From assembly GCA_050084985.1 (NCBI GenBank), contig JBITNC010000002.1, forward strand, positions 36,952,001-37,016,000: 64,000 nt of DNA, in the 5' to 3' direction. The position numbers and the translations under genes were made by a program. This document shows positions 53,604 to 64,000 of the stretch, piece by piece. Below the pieces are notes generated by a model, which worked only from the letters and a program-made list of their open reading frames with translations, was not told the DNA's origin and made no database searches. The DNA comes from Nageia nagi (taxonomy: Eukaryota > Plantae > Pinophyta). Within the stretch, counting starts at the first letter, position 1, and each line of letters opens with the position of its first letter.

Positions 53604-55074
53604 ATGGATGATCCTGCTAAAACTAAGTGAGGTTCATTATATAAGATGGTTCTTGATTGGAAGAATGTAAACTAACATACAATTTCATATTATTAGTTGA
53701 AATTTAATTTGTAGGTTATGGATATAAAATATGATAGATATTCATATTTTTAACCCTATCATATTTTTATTTTTGTATTATTTTAGAAATTAAATTTGTT
53801 ATTCAATTTGGAGGATGAAGGGAAATGGTGGATTGTAGAAGTGCAAAGGAGCCCAAAGAAAATGTGAAGCGGTAGTAGAGGAAGATAAATTGTGATCAAA
53901 GTAAGGCTAAATTATTTCAGGAGCAAGGACAAAAGATCAAAAATAAATTTTTAGAAAAAGTGAGGTACATTAATCTTTATACAAGTATCATTTTTTGTAT
54001 TTTTCAAAATCATCATCAATTGTTGATTAATATATTGAAGTTTTTAGTAAGTATGATGTAGTGAAAGAGAAATATTTATTTTCTTAATTTGAATCTAAAT
54101 TTAAAATAGTTTATATATGGAATCATCTAGAATAATTTAATAAAAATACATCATATAGATTAGTATTTGGATTATTCTTAGATTACTCTTTCCTCTATGC
54201 TCTACCGATATTCTCTATATATTTATTTTCTTATCATAATTATTATAAATAACATATTATACCATGTTTGTTATTGATATATGTAAAAATTATTATTCAT
54301 TTATTATCTTTTTCATCTATATATTATGAGAATAATGTGAGTGAATGATTCATCTAAAGATAGAAATTGGCTTCACAAAGATTGTAAGATTGTGGTAGTA
54401 TCTCCACCAATAATAAAATAAAATATAATCATAAGATAATAAACTTTCAATACATAATACTTACAGTTGTAGCAAATTATTTTTTCTTAACAATCGAAAA
54501 TTAAAGGATTTATGTGACACAAGATATATTTTTTGGTACATTTGAAGATAGAGTTTTTACGTAATATTTAATTATTAAATACTTTATTTCGTTTAATTTA
54601 TAATTTTTTTTTTTACTGCTAAATGTCATGATATGACTGTATTTTAGATTGTATATTTACCACAATTCATATAATATTATTTAGAGCTTGATATCATTTT
54701 TATATTAATTCTGAAAATTAAATAATGATGTAGTTTAAAAGGAGGACAATTGTGCATTATTGAAGTGCAAAGGGGTCAAAGGAAATATTGGAAAGCCAAA
54801 AAGAATAGGAGCCACGAGGACAAAAGATATAAACAAAAGAGTTAAAGAAAGAAATAGGTATATTTATCTTCTCACAAGTATCGATATGAATGATTTTTAT
54901 CATCATTAATTCAATTGAATATATTACCTTTTTGTTAAGTCTAAGATTGTTAAAAAGTTTTTATTAATTTGTTAATTTAATTTTTGTAGGAAATCATTTA
55001 TATGAAAAAGATTAAAATATTTAATGATAATAAACATTTTTAGTGTTTTTTCAAATAATTTTTTTAATTACATA

Positions 55075-55104
<30 letters not shown>
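55075..55104. repeat. (AAT)10 microsatellite
   Basis: Direct reading. Confidence 0.95.
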
Positions 55105-55105
<1 letters not shown>

Positions 55106-55474
55106 TGACAATTAATATTATATTACTTCATAGTACAAATACAATTAGAATTTATTATTTTTTATATTATATATTATAAAAGTGTAAGCTAATAATATAT
55201 ACATAAAAATTACATGTTAAAATTGTTTTTTTTTTTTTTTTTCAATTTTATAAAGTATGCTTGCTTAACATTTGATAGTTTATTTTATATTTGAAATATT
55301 TAGTTTATTGTTTTCTCTATTTTAACTTAAATTTAATATAAATGTAATATTTATTAAATTTTGTAAAATAATAATTATATAAATTAATATATTTATAATC
55401 CATATAGCTAAGTAAATTTCTTTTAGATTATTTGCAAATTTTTCTTTTAATAAAAATGAAATCTGTTAACAGAG

Positions 55475-56636
55475 ATGACTAATCCAAGAAAGAGAGGTAG
55501 AGGGAGACCTTTTGGTTCTATAATTGTAGCAAACCCGAAGGGCTTTCTGAAGAGTGGATAACAAGAGTTAAATACAGACCATGTGGAAGAATTGATCGGG
55601 TATGATCATTTTTCATTTATTGCTTTGAATTTGCATTTCAAACTTTTAAATTTTTATTTATTATCATAACTGTTCTTTATTCATTGTGTAGTATTATATC
55701 AACATCTATGTTGATCATATTTTTCGTTCATGGAAAGAAGTTGAGTATTTTGAAGCTAATGGTCAAATACGTCCACAAGCTACCCGTCAAAAACGTCAAC
55801 AAAAACCAATGTCAAAGAGTAAGTTTTTTAAGTTTTTGAACAACAATATATAGTACTAAACTTTATTTCTTTAAAATATATAATTATTATTATATTAATA
55901 ATTTTATTTTTATTTAGTTAAAACATTTTGAAGATGAAAATGTTTTATTTTTATTTTTTAAATATATATAAGTATTTTATCAATTATTTCTGGATGTAGA
56001 TATTTCATTGTTCTGTGATTGATAGCGTAGAGAAATGAATATAAATGATATCATTGTAAGTTGATTTTACTTTATTTTATTTTATTGTAATATAAATAAT
56101 ATAATATTACTTTTGATGTAGGACATCACTTGTTGAAAGATGCAGCTATAAAGACACAAAGAGGTCATCCAAGAGTTGATGACATTGTTAAAATACCACG
56201 CATGCACCTTCAATTCTTGTTAGGTGTGATACTGAACTCAAGCCTCCCTAAAGTTTCTTACTCGGATTTGTACCAGAATGAGGTGAAGAAGTTACAAGAA
56301 TTAAACATTGAGTTGTGGCCAATTGCAAGGCATTTAATCTTTTGGTGCTCAGTTAGAGATTTTGGCCAATACAGAAAGCCATCTACAGCTATGGATCAAT
56401 CAAGTTCATCAAAAGATCTCTGGAGAGATGTAGAGAGGGATAAAGGTTATAGAGGGCTTAGCTACACTGTTAAGGTTCCAGGCAGCCACCTTGAGTGCTT
56501 GCTTCAGTTCATATTAAACTCACAGATGCCCAAAAGATCATTTCTGGATTTAAATGAACATCAATTGCTAAATTTAAACAAGTTACACCCTGCATTAAGG
56601 CCATTGGGTGTATATGTAATTAGTTTCTTTTTATAA
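55475..56636 (+). CDS. Spliced methyl-CpG-binding domain (MBD) protein gene: AT-hook + MBD + duplicated C-terminal domain; exons 55475-55599, 55692-55818, 56122-56636; one apparent frameshift near 55519 (gene or young pseudogene)
   Basis: GT-AG introns with matching phases (0 then 1) give KPEGLSEEWITRVKYRPCGRIDR|YYINIYVDHIFRSWKEVEYFEANG...MSK(R)HHLLKDAA..., which has the MBD pattern L...W......R..G..D.YY.......FRS..EV. It is preceded in another frame by MTNPRKRGRGRPFGS. Confidence 0.8.
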
Positions 56637-59149
56637 ACTGTGTCAGTAATACTTTGGTTGTGCGAGGCATATTTATGTAGCAAGATTTTCAAATATCAAG
56701 ATTGATATATTGTCTTAGTTTTTATTTTAAATATCTAATTTAAGGGAAGATTGAAGATTATTTTTTTATGGTTCTCTATTTTTAATATGCAAACCTATCC
56801 ACTCTTCATGCTTGGCCCCAAAGAAAAGGATTTTATATTGTAACAGTTTTGTTATGTTCATTGATTAATTAGCTATTTTTGGGCTATAGAGGTAGTTCAA
56901 AAATATTGGGTAAAGTAGTTTATAAGGAAGGGACTAGCTGAAACAGTGCTCAGATCCTTTTCATCTTTTACATGCTCAGTTGAAGCATCTTTGTCATATA
57001 GGAAAGACTGCAGCAAAGTATGATGGCTACGGATGTGTATTTTGTGCCTACTTGCTCATGAAGGTGCTAGGAACCAAGGACATGCATGTATGCAGCATTT
57101 CATATCTTTTGTGTGTGTCTGTAAGGAGGCCTGTGTGCCTTGATCATGTAATAGAGTCTGTGTTTAGTGAGGTATTGGTTAGTGTTGCAGGCAGTTGAGA
57201 AGGCCCTATTGATTGTACTAATTGAAATCAGTGTATGTTGCACTCCCTGCCCATTTGCATCTCCCCATACCTTCTTCGACTTTCTTTGTCCATTCTCTTT
57301 GTTTGTATTCTTTTCTGTTATTTTGGAAAGAATAATGTTGCAAGCACAACTATTGGGTAGATTGATAGTTGAGGATTAGCTTGGTGTTTACATCACACCC
57401 AGAAAGTAACCTTTAGCTTGGTCATAACAGTTTTCCCAGGAATTGGATTGAGTACCATCTATTATGGATTTTATATGATTTCAATCCAAAGGACAGATTA
57501 AGATATTGATTTTGTAAACTTGATTATCTAATTATTATTGAATTGTCAAATGCTTTTTACAATATTTTGTATTTTTATAAAGCGATTATATTTAGATATG
57601 ACTTAATTTTTAACTAAATATATTTTGTTTTATTTATAGTAGTTATCCAACAAGAATGTTTTAGGTTTTAATTTAGAATAGATTAATGTTGAAACATAAA
57701 TAATAATATTCTCCAATATCAACATGAAGAATGCTTGCTTCATCTGAAACCACTGTTATTTTTCACTTGTATAGCAACCCTTCTTCACAGGAAGGCTGAT
57801 ATGAATTCAATTATAGCAAGACCCATTGAAACATCACCACAACTGCTACTGAAGCCAAATGTGCCATCACCAAAAACCCCAGCGTCACTACAGGGATTGA
57901 TGCTAGTAGTCTCCTCCGCCACCTCATTCAAAGTCTTCCATGCACCAATGTGATTGATTCTAGTAGTTTCCATCACCAATGTGACTTATGCTATTAGTTT
58001 CCACCACCAAAAGACAATGCAGGTCCTACCTGGTTTTAGACACCACCTGAAGTAAACCTGCTTTACTTGTCAAGTTGAATAAGAAGTTGATGTCCTCCTG
58101 TGTGAACTCAGCAGTAACCACATTGAAGGGATGTCTTCCATGTAACCACATTGGTATTCATACCATGTATAGATTCAAAATCAGATGATCCAGAATCTGC
58201 ATTACAAAATAAGGATAGATTATTTGCATTATTTTGTAAAGGTAAAAAGTTAAAAAATTGTGGGAACAATTGATCTTAAACACACAGAGATTTCCTCGTA
58301 CCACTTTCCGAACCATTTGCGAAATCTGTTTATGAGGATTATTCTTCAACTTTCAGCAACTGTTGTTTGGAGATTATTATACGATGACTAGAAACCTACC
58401 TCTCCGAGCTTGCTTTTCTACAAATGAAGAAGCTGGAAGGACTGCATATTATACGTCAAGACAGGAATTAGGATTTAAAAACATAAATATGAAGAATCAA
58501 ATCTTATATTAAACTAATGTTAAGAGCATTATTTATATGAGGGAAATTTCTGTTCCAATATTGAATAGTCATGTTTTATGATCTTTAATTGCATATATTT
58601 GTAATGATTACTGTAAATAATCTTGTTGGCCATAAGGGTGAAACTAAATATAATTCTATTTGAAATGGTAAATACTTACTAAAAAAATATAAATATGAAT
58701 GTAATTAAAAAAAATGGAAAAGTAAAGATTAATATAATATGATAAATATTTAGCTTTATCCATTGAATCTTACAAATTCAAAGATAATTTAGATATTTAC
58801 AAAATAAAAATATTAGTAGGATCACTCACTTTATTATATTATTAATTTTAATTTTTTTGAAAATAAACAAAATCTCAAATATAATACCATGACTTTAGAT
58901 TATAGTGTGATCCTCATTAATGCATGATGTTGAATATGAATAAAAAATTTGATATCTTATATCATTTGAAAATAAAAACACTTTTAAGATCAAATCATTC
59001 TTCTATCTTTATAAATAATTAACTTTAGGTCTTTGAAAATAAATTAAACATCAAAACAACTCTATTGTAGGCAATATTTGATCCTTTTGAGAGCATGATG
59101 TTAGATATGAATCCTAAGCCATATATTTGTAAAGATAAAAATATATTTT

Positions 59150-60140
59150 TCAATATATGTTTAGATCTTCCTCTTCTTCTTGTAACTCCTTTTTTAGATC
59201 TTCCTTTTCCTTCTTAAATTCTTCTTTTTCCTCACTCCCCTCTTAAGATTTAGAATAGAAAGAAGTCTAAGACAAAAACTTAATACAAAATCATGTTTCC
59301 TCACATATGAGGCGCATTTTTTTTATATTACTCCTAGAGGTTTTTGGCCCTTGAACCTTTGCAAAATTACACATAGGTCAGCTTGAAGCAAAATAAGTAG
59401 CATATCTTCCTAATATAACTTAATAGCCTAAAACATAACATTATATATGAAAATAATACAAATCTAAAGCAAAGATCCTACTTTTTACTATTGCTTTTTC
59501 CCTTAGATGATTCACTCTTTTCTTCCTCATCAACTTGTCTCAAGAATTTCATTGAGGCCCTGATATGTATAGCTAGTTCCACTCCTAGTAGTTTCATATA
59601 TGTCATAGTAGTTTGCGACATTTGGGACAAGTCTTTCATCAACTTGTGATTGATTTGAATGCATCAAGAGTTAGCTTCTAAGTTTCCTCCATTGACATTT
59701 TCCCCTTTTCCAATGTTAGCTCTTAGAGGGGTGGAAATTCAGTTCATTGCCTCTTCAACTACTTCTTTGAGATATGCTAACTCTTCATATGTTATTTCCT
59801 CCTCCGCATTATGTACTTCAATTTCCTCCTCCTCTACCTCTTGTGATCTTGCCACCTCCTCCTCCTTTGAAGCCTTCTTTTAATTCTACCTTCTTCTTGG
59901 ATATGGGTTCCATTGAATCAAATTCATCATTGTAGTTAACAATCTTCTTCTTGTTTCCTTTACTAATATGAGTAGATCTTTAAAATCCTTAAAACTTCCT
60001 CTTCTCTTCTATAAAGGAAAACCTTCTATTGCAAAGAGGTATGTTATCCTCCTCATCCTTCATCTATGGTACCTCTTCCACCCATATCTCTTTGCCTTTT
60101 GTTGATTCATTCCCTTTCCTCTTGGTGCAAAGAAACATTA
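59150..60140 (-). other. Degenerate Glu/Lys-rich coding-like remnant, probably transposon-derived
   Basis: Purine-rich minus strand with GAG/GAA/AAG runs interrupted by stops. No recognisable domain. Confidence 0.3.
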
Positions 60141-60146
60141 GCTATT

Positions 60147-60898
60147 TGTAACACTTAAATTTGGTCTACCTTAGGTATCCTTATTAGGTGTTTTGTTATA
60201 TTAATATTATATTATGTTATGTGCATTATGTTGTTCCACTTAAGATACTTCTTAGGTAATTTCATCTTTATTTTTGCAAGGTACCCCAACATCGATGTTA
60301 GCTTCTATGTGGAGGTTCACTTGCATATTTAAAGGTAAATATGATTACATGGGAAAGAATCAAGATCTGATCTTGATAGTTGATATATACATTTAAGTTT
60401 TTGTCAATGCTTCCTATTGAGATTAGGATCTTGTTATCACATGCGCATATATGTTATTTCATCTTCTGCAATTATATGTTTGGCTTAACTTATCGATACT
60501 TTGTTATATATTGGATCTTGGTTGTGAAGTTTACTCTTGAGATGCTTAGCATCTACATTTTCTTATGGGCTATAGCTACTATTCATGGGTCCATATTCAT
60601 GCTCCCTTGGGCATCCATGCTTTGATTCTAGTTTTCTGTTTTGCATGGAGATTCGCATATTGGGATCACTATCTTCGATAAGCTCTTGTATGCATATAAT
60701 ATTATTCATCCCAGGTAAGTTTAAGAGGTATATAACAATCTCTTGATCCCTTTCTCATCAGTGTTTGGTGTTATCTTGATCTCATAATCTAGATTCATTA
60801 TTTACTGTTACATTCATTTATATTTAGATTATTGTTCTTTGTTATCTTTACAGTTGGATCCATTTTTATCTTATTAATAAAGATAATACATTATCACA
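60147..60898. mobile_element. Possible solo LTR
   Basis: TGTAACAC...ATCACA, ~750 bp, composition distinct from flanks. No clear TSD and no second copy. Confidence 0.3.
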
Positions 60899-61741
60899 TA
60901 TAAATATTTAACATAGTTACTACTTATCTCATCCTAAGGATCACTAAAAATATTCAACATAATTACGACACCCACCTTTTTATAGCATATCCATCTCTTA
61001 ACCAGGGTTGAAATATTTGTTGTTTGAACCACAATATTTTAATTTTATGGTATCATATTTTCTATATAATTTTTCATAAGAAACCCTAAGTTTTATTTAA
61101 TTTTCTACAAAATTAGGAAACCCTAATGCTTTTACATTATTGAAAGTTTGAAGGTATTTTTATTTTGTAGAATTTTATTTTTGGTTAAAACCTTAGGTTT
61201 TGAACCTAATTTATGGGGATTTTATGCATATTTATACCCTACAACTTTGCCTAAACCTTATATATTCATGGTAGGTAATTTTTTAGAAGGTAAGATTAGG
61301 TCTATTTGCAAGCATTATGAAGGTATTTTGAGTTGAAGAATTTTTTTTGGGGTTTCATTTTTACATAAAACATTAGATTTTAAGCCTAATTTTTAAATAT
61401 TTGGTGGATGTTTATGCCCTAAAATTTTGCCTAATCCTTAGATATGCACGATAGAAAAACATGGGAAGGTGAAATTGAGATTATTATATGTATTTTTTTG
61501 AGGTTTTTGGTTAAGAAATAAATATTTTTATAGAAAAATCTAAATTTTCAAGGTGATTTTAGTCAATTTGGTTATTTTTTACATTAGAAAATCTTGTATT
61601 ACACATGTATATTTCATATTGGGATATTTTGGTGATTTTTCAAAAATTACATATTTTTGGATAATTTTTTATCAACAAAAATCCCAAAGGTTTTGGAGGT
61701 ATTTTATGTCTATTTCTTTGATTGTGATATATATGACAATA

Positions 61742-64000
61742 TCAGTAGGGAAATATTATGCTAGCATTAATGCTGGGAACAATGCTAATCCTAGAAAACA
61801 CACCTTTTAATGCCATTAATTTAACAACATAAAAATTGAAGCAGCTAGAAATGGAGGTATACAATAATGCTTAAGTCGACATGTAACTAATTAAGTAAAT
61901 ATTCCTAATGACAAAACTACCCTTAAAAGGAACAACTTCTAAAAGGGAACATCATAGTCCTCCCTTCCTGAATCGATTGACCCCAAGCAATGCAAGATTG
62001 TTGCATATCATTACTTATTCATAATGATAATGTGTTGTATTCAATGTATCATTGGAAACATCAAGATTCATACATGCTATGAATGATTTTTGAAGTACAA
62101 ACCTTCATCATGTTAGCTTCATTAGTCATGTCTTACAAATAATTATATATGAAATCTATTAAATCATATCTCCCTTGCTTTGCTATGATGCATAATTGAT
62201 CATAAATTGAAAAAGAAAGGTTCATAACAACTTTTGTTAGATATGTATCAATGTTGAGAAAGAATTAAGCCAATTTTGGATCTTCATCAATACCCCTTAG
62301 CAATACCAAGTATCTCATCCACCATATCCTCAACTGAACTCTAACGATAACCATTCAATCATCCTCAACCATCTACATAATTCTTGCATCTCTTTTATCC
62401 TGTAATATTGTCTTGCTCTCCTCCAATGCAACCCATGAGGAATGGTAGGAATCATCCAAAATTCAATCCAAGAACTCCTAAAATGACCCATCTTTAATAG
62501 TATTCAAACCATCATCAAGTGTAATTGTGATATCACCAAGTGCCATAAACAAGTCTATTACATCTTGGATGCCTTCAATCTTGCAATGAGAGTTTTTCTA
62601 AGTAATCTTGAAGAAGATAATTAATGTTCCTCTTGTAGAAACTAGTAAGGCATGTTCATGTGCTATGCTTGGAATAAATGTTACCAAAACACTTCTTGTC
62701 TCATCAACCACTAATGTAATCCTCCATGCATACATTCTATTATCCAAGCCATCAACAAATGATGTAAAAATAGAAAATATTTTGATAGTATACCTTACAA
62801 TCTTCATGATATGGAGTAGAGCCTCCATTTCCCTTATATTAAGAGATTTTTCCTCCAAACTTACTTCCATACCCTAGTCACATGCTACCATTGGACATGT
62901 TATCTTCTCTAAATTTAAAATACGGTAAAAAAAATTAACGAATCAACATAATCATGCAAAGCATACCTTCCAAGGATTGGACAAGTATCTTACTAATTGG
63001 TGGAATGAGAACTCAAGAGTGTAGAGATGCTCCTAAATCCCTTATAAGCCAAATATCCCACATGCACTTTGGAGGGGTTCTTCTCTCCTTCCACATCCTT
63101 CTTTCCTAGTCATCCATATTCATGCATCATCTCCAAATGACTAGATGAACCCTTAGAAAAGTAGTCATTTATGCCTTGCAGTGTAGATTCCTTTCTATCG
63201 AAGTCAAATTTCATCACTAAATTTTGATAATTTGAGAAGATATCTCCCAAATTATATAGCCACTAGATACTCCAAAACTTAAATGTAGAATACTATATAA
63301 ATGGTAGACATAGAAGTCCTCCCTAGCCACATATTCTTGGCTGATTACACAAAATTTCTCCACTATTCTCTCCACCATCGTAAGTTTCCTATTTACATTA
63401 TTCATACAAAGCCTTCAAACTCCTTGCTCTTAAGGTCCTTATTTCATATAAATTCCTCATGATGAAGTTATGGATGGATCCTAGATCTATCAATACCATA
63501 ACCTCTTGATTTACAACCATATATTTGACCTTAAGTATGAAGTATCTGGGTGCCCACATAATAATATGATCATTCATCCTATGGCATTCTTACTATTAGG
63601 AGTAGGAAGTTATTACTTACGATCAAATCCAACTTCAAGTTCGAATCATCATCCTATGAGATCACCTCAATATAGTGAAGTTTTCCTCTATCTAAGAACC
63701 TATGACCATACTCCCAAGGTTTCTTGCAACTAAAATAAAATTTTCTCTTCCTCAACTTGTTCTTATTGTTAGGAGCATGCAGTTCTTGCTTCTGATCAAA
63801 TCCTCCTAAATCTAGCTCTAAGTTTGAATCATTATCCTTTGAGATCATCTTAATATAGTGAAATTATCATTTTCCTAGGCACCTATGGAAATGCTCCCAA
63901 GGTTTCTTGTAACTAAAATAAAATCTTGTTTTGATAGTTGAAGGTATCATATCTAACATCCCTCTTCTAATTGTCCCTATCTTGGTTGGAGTAGTGGGCT
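61742..64000. repeat. Near-identical second copy of the block starting at 42099 (leader, truncated LTR, gag-protease element interior); runs off window end
   Basis: Homology starts abruptly at TCAGTAGGGAAATATTATGC (42099 and 61742). Same ORFs recur (62598 vs 42873/46601). Retains 82 bp that are missing in the first copy near 42531. Confidence 0.95.

Noticed and set aside
56980-57379. Short plus-strand ORFs downstream of the MBD gene
   Set aside because: Non-ATG starts and no domain; likely 3' UTR or intron sequence.
61081-61520. AAACCCTA motifs as telomeric repeats
   Set aside because: Isolated, degenerate copies rather than a tandem array; more likely transposon subterminal sequence.

Overview
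AT-rich, CpG/CHG-depleted plant nuclear DNA. The PPR and retroelement style suggests a gymnosperm (inference). Most of the window is nested, decayed repeats. (1) An LTR end at 1-634, inserted in a degenerate PLS-class PPR array. The array has been amplified as a ~370-bp tandem repeat inside a ~6-kb higher-order duplication (635-7384, resuming at 31808-33540). (2) An old Ty1/Copia element (7385-31807) that splits the array. Its RNase H is interrupted by a 19.3-kb composite insert containing an L1 LINE, a tRNA-derived SINE, a full-length decayed Ty3/Gypsy element, a CACTA element and PPR scraps. (3) A non-autonomous gag+protease-only LTR element (36905-41918) and near-identical truncated copies of it at 42.2-50.1 kb and 61.9-64 kb. 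These look copied at the DNA level as part of a putative ~19.6-kb repeated unit. (4) Inside that unit, the only well-preserved gene-like sequence (55475-56636), most of which the ORF track misses: a spliced gene encoding an AT-hook, a methyl-CpG-binding domain with the key recognition residues, and a twice-repeated ~53-aa domain I cannot assign. It carries one frameshift, or alternatively uses a second splice acceptor. This repeat-borne methyl-DNA reader is the best candidate for an undescribed system. All identities quoted are by-eye estimates; no searches were run.
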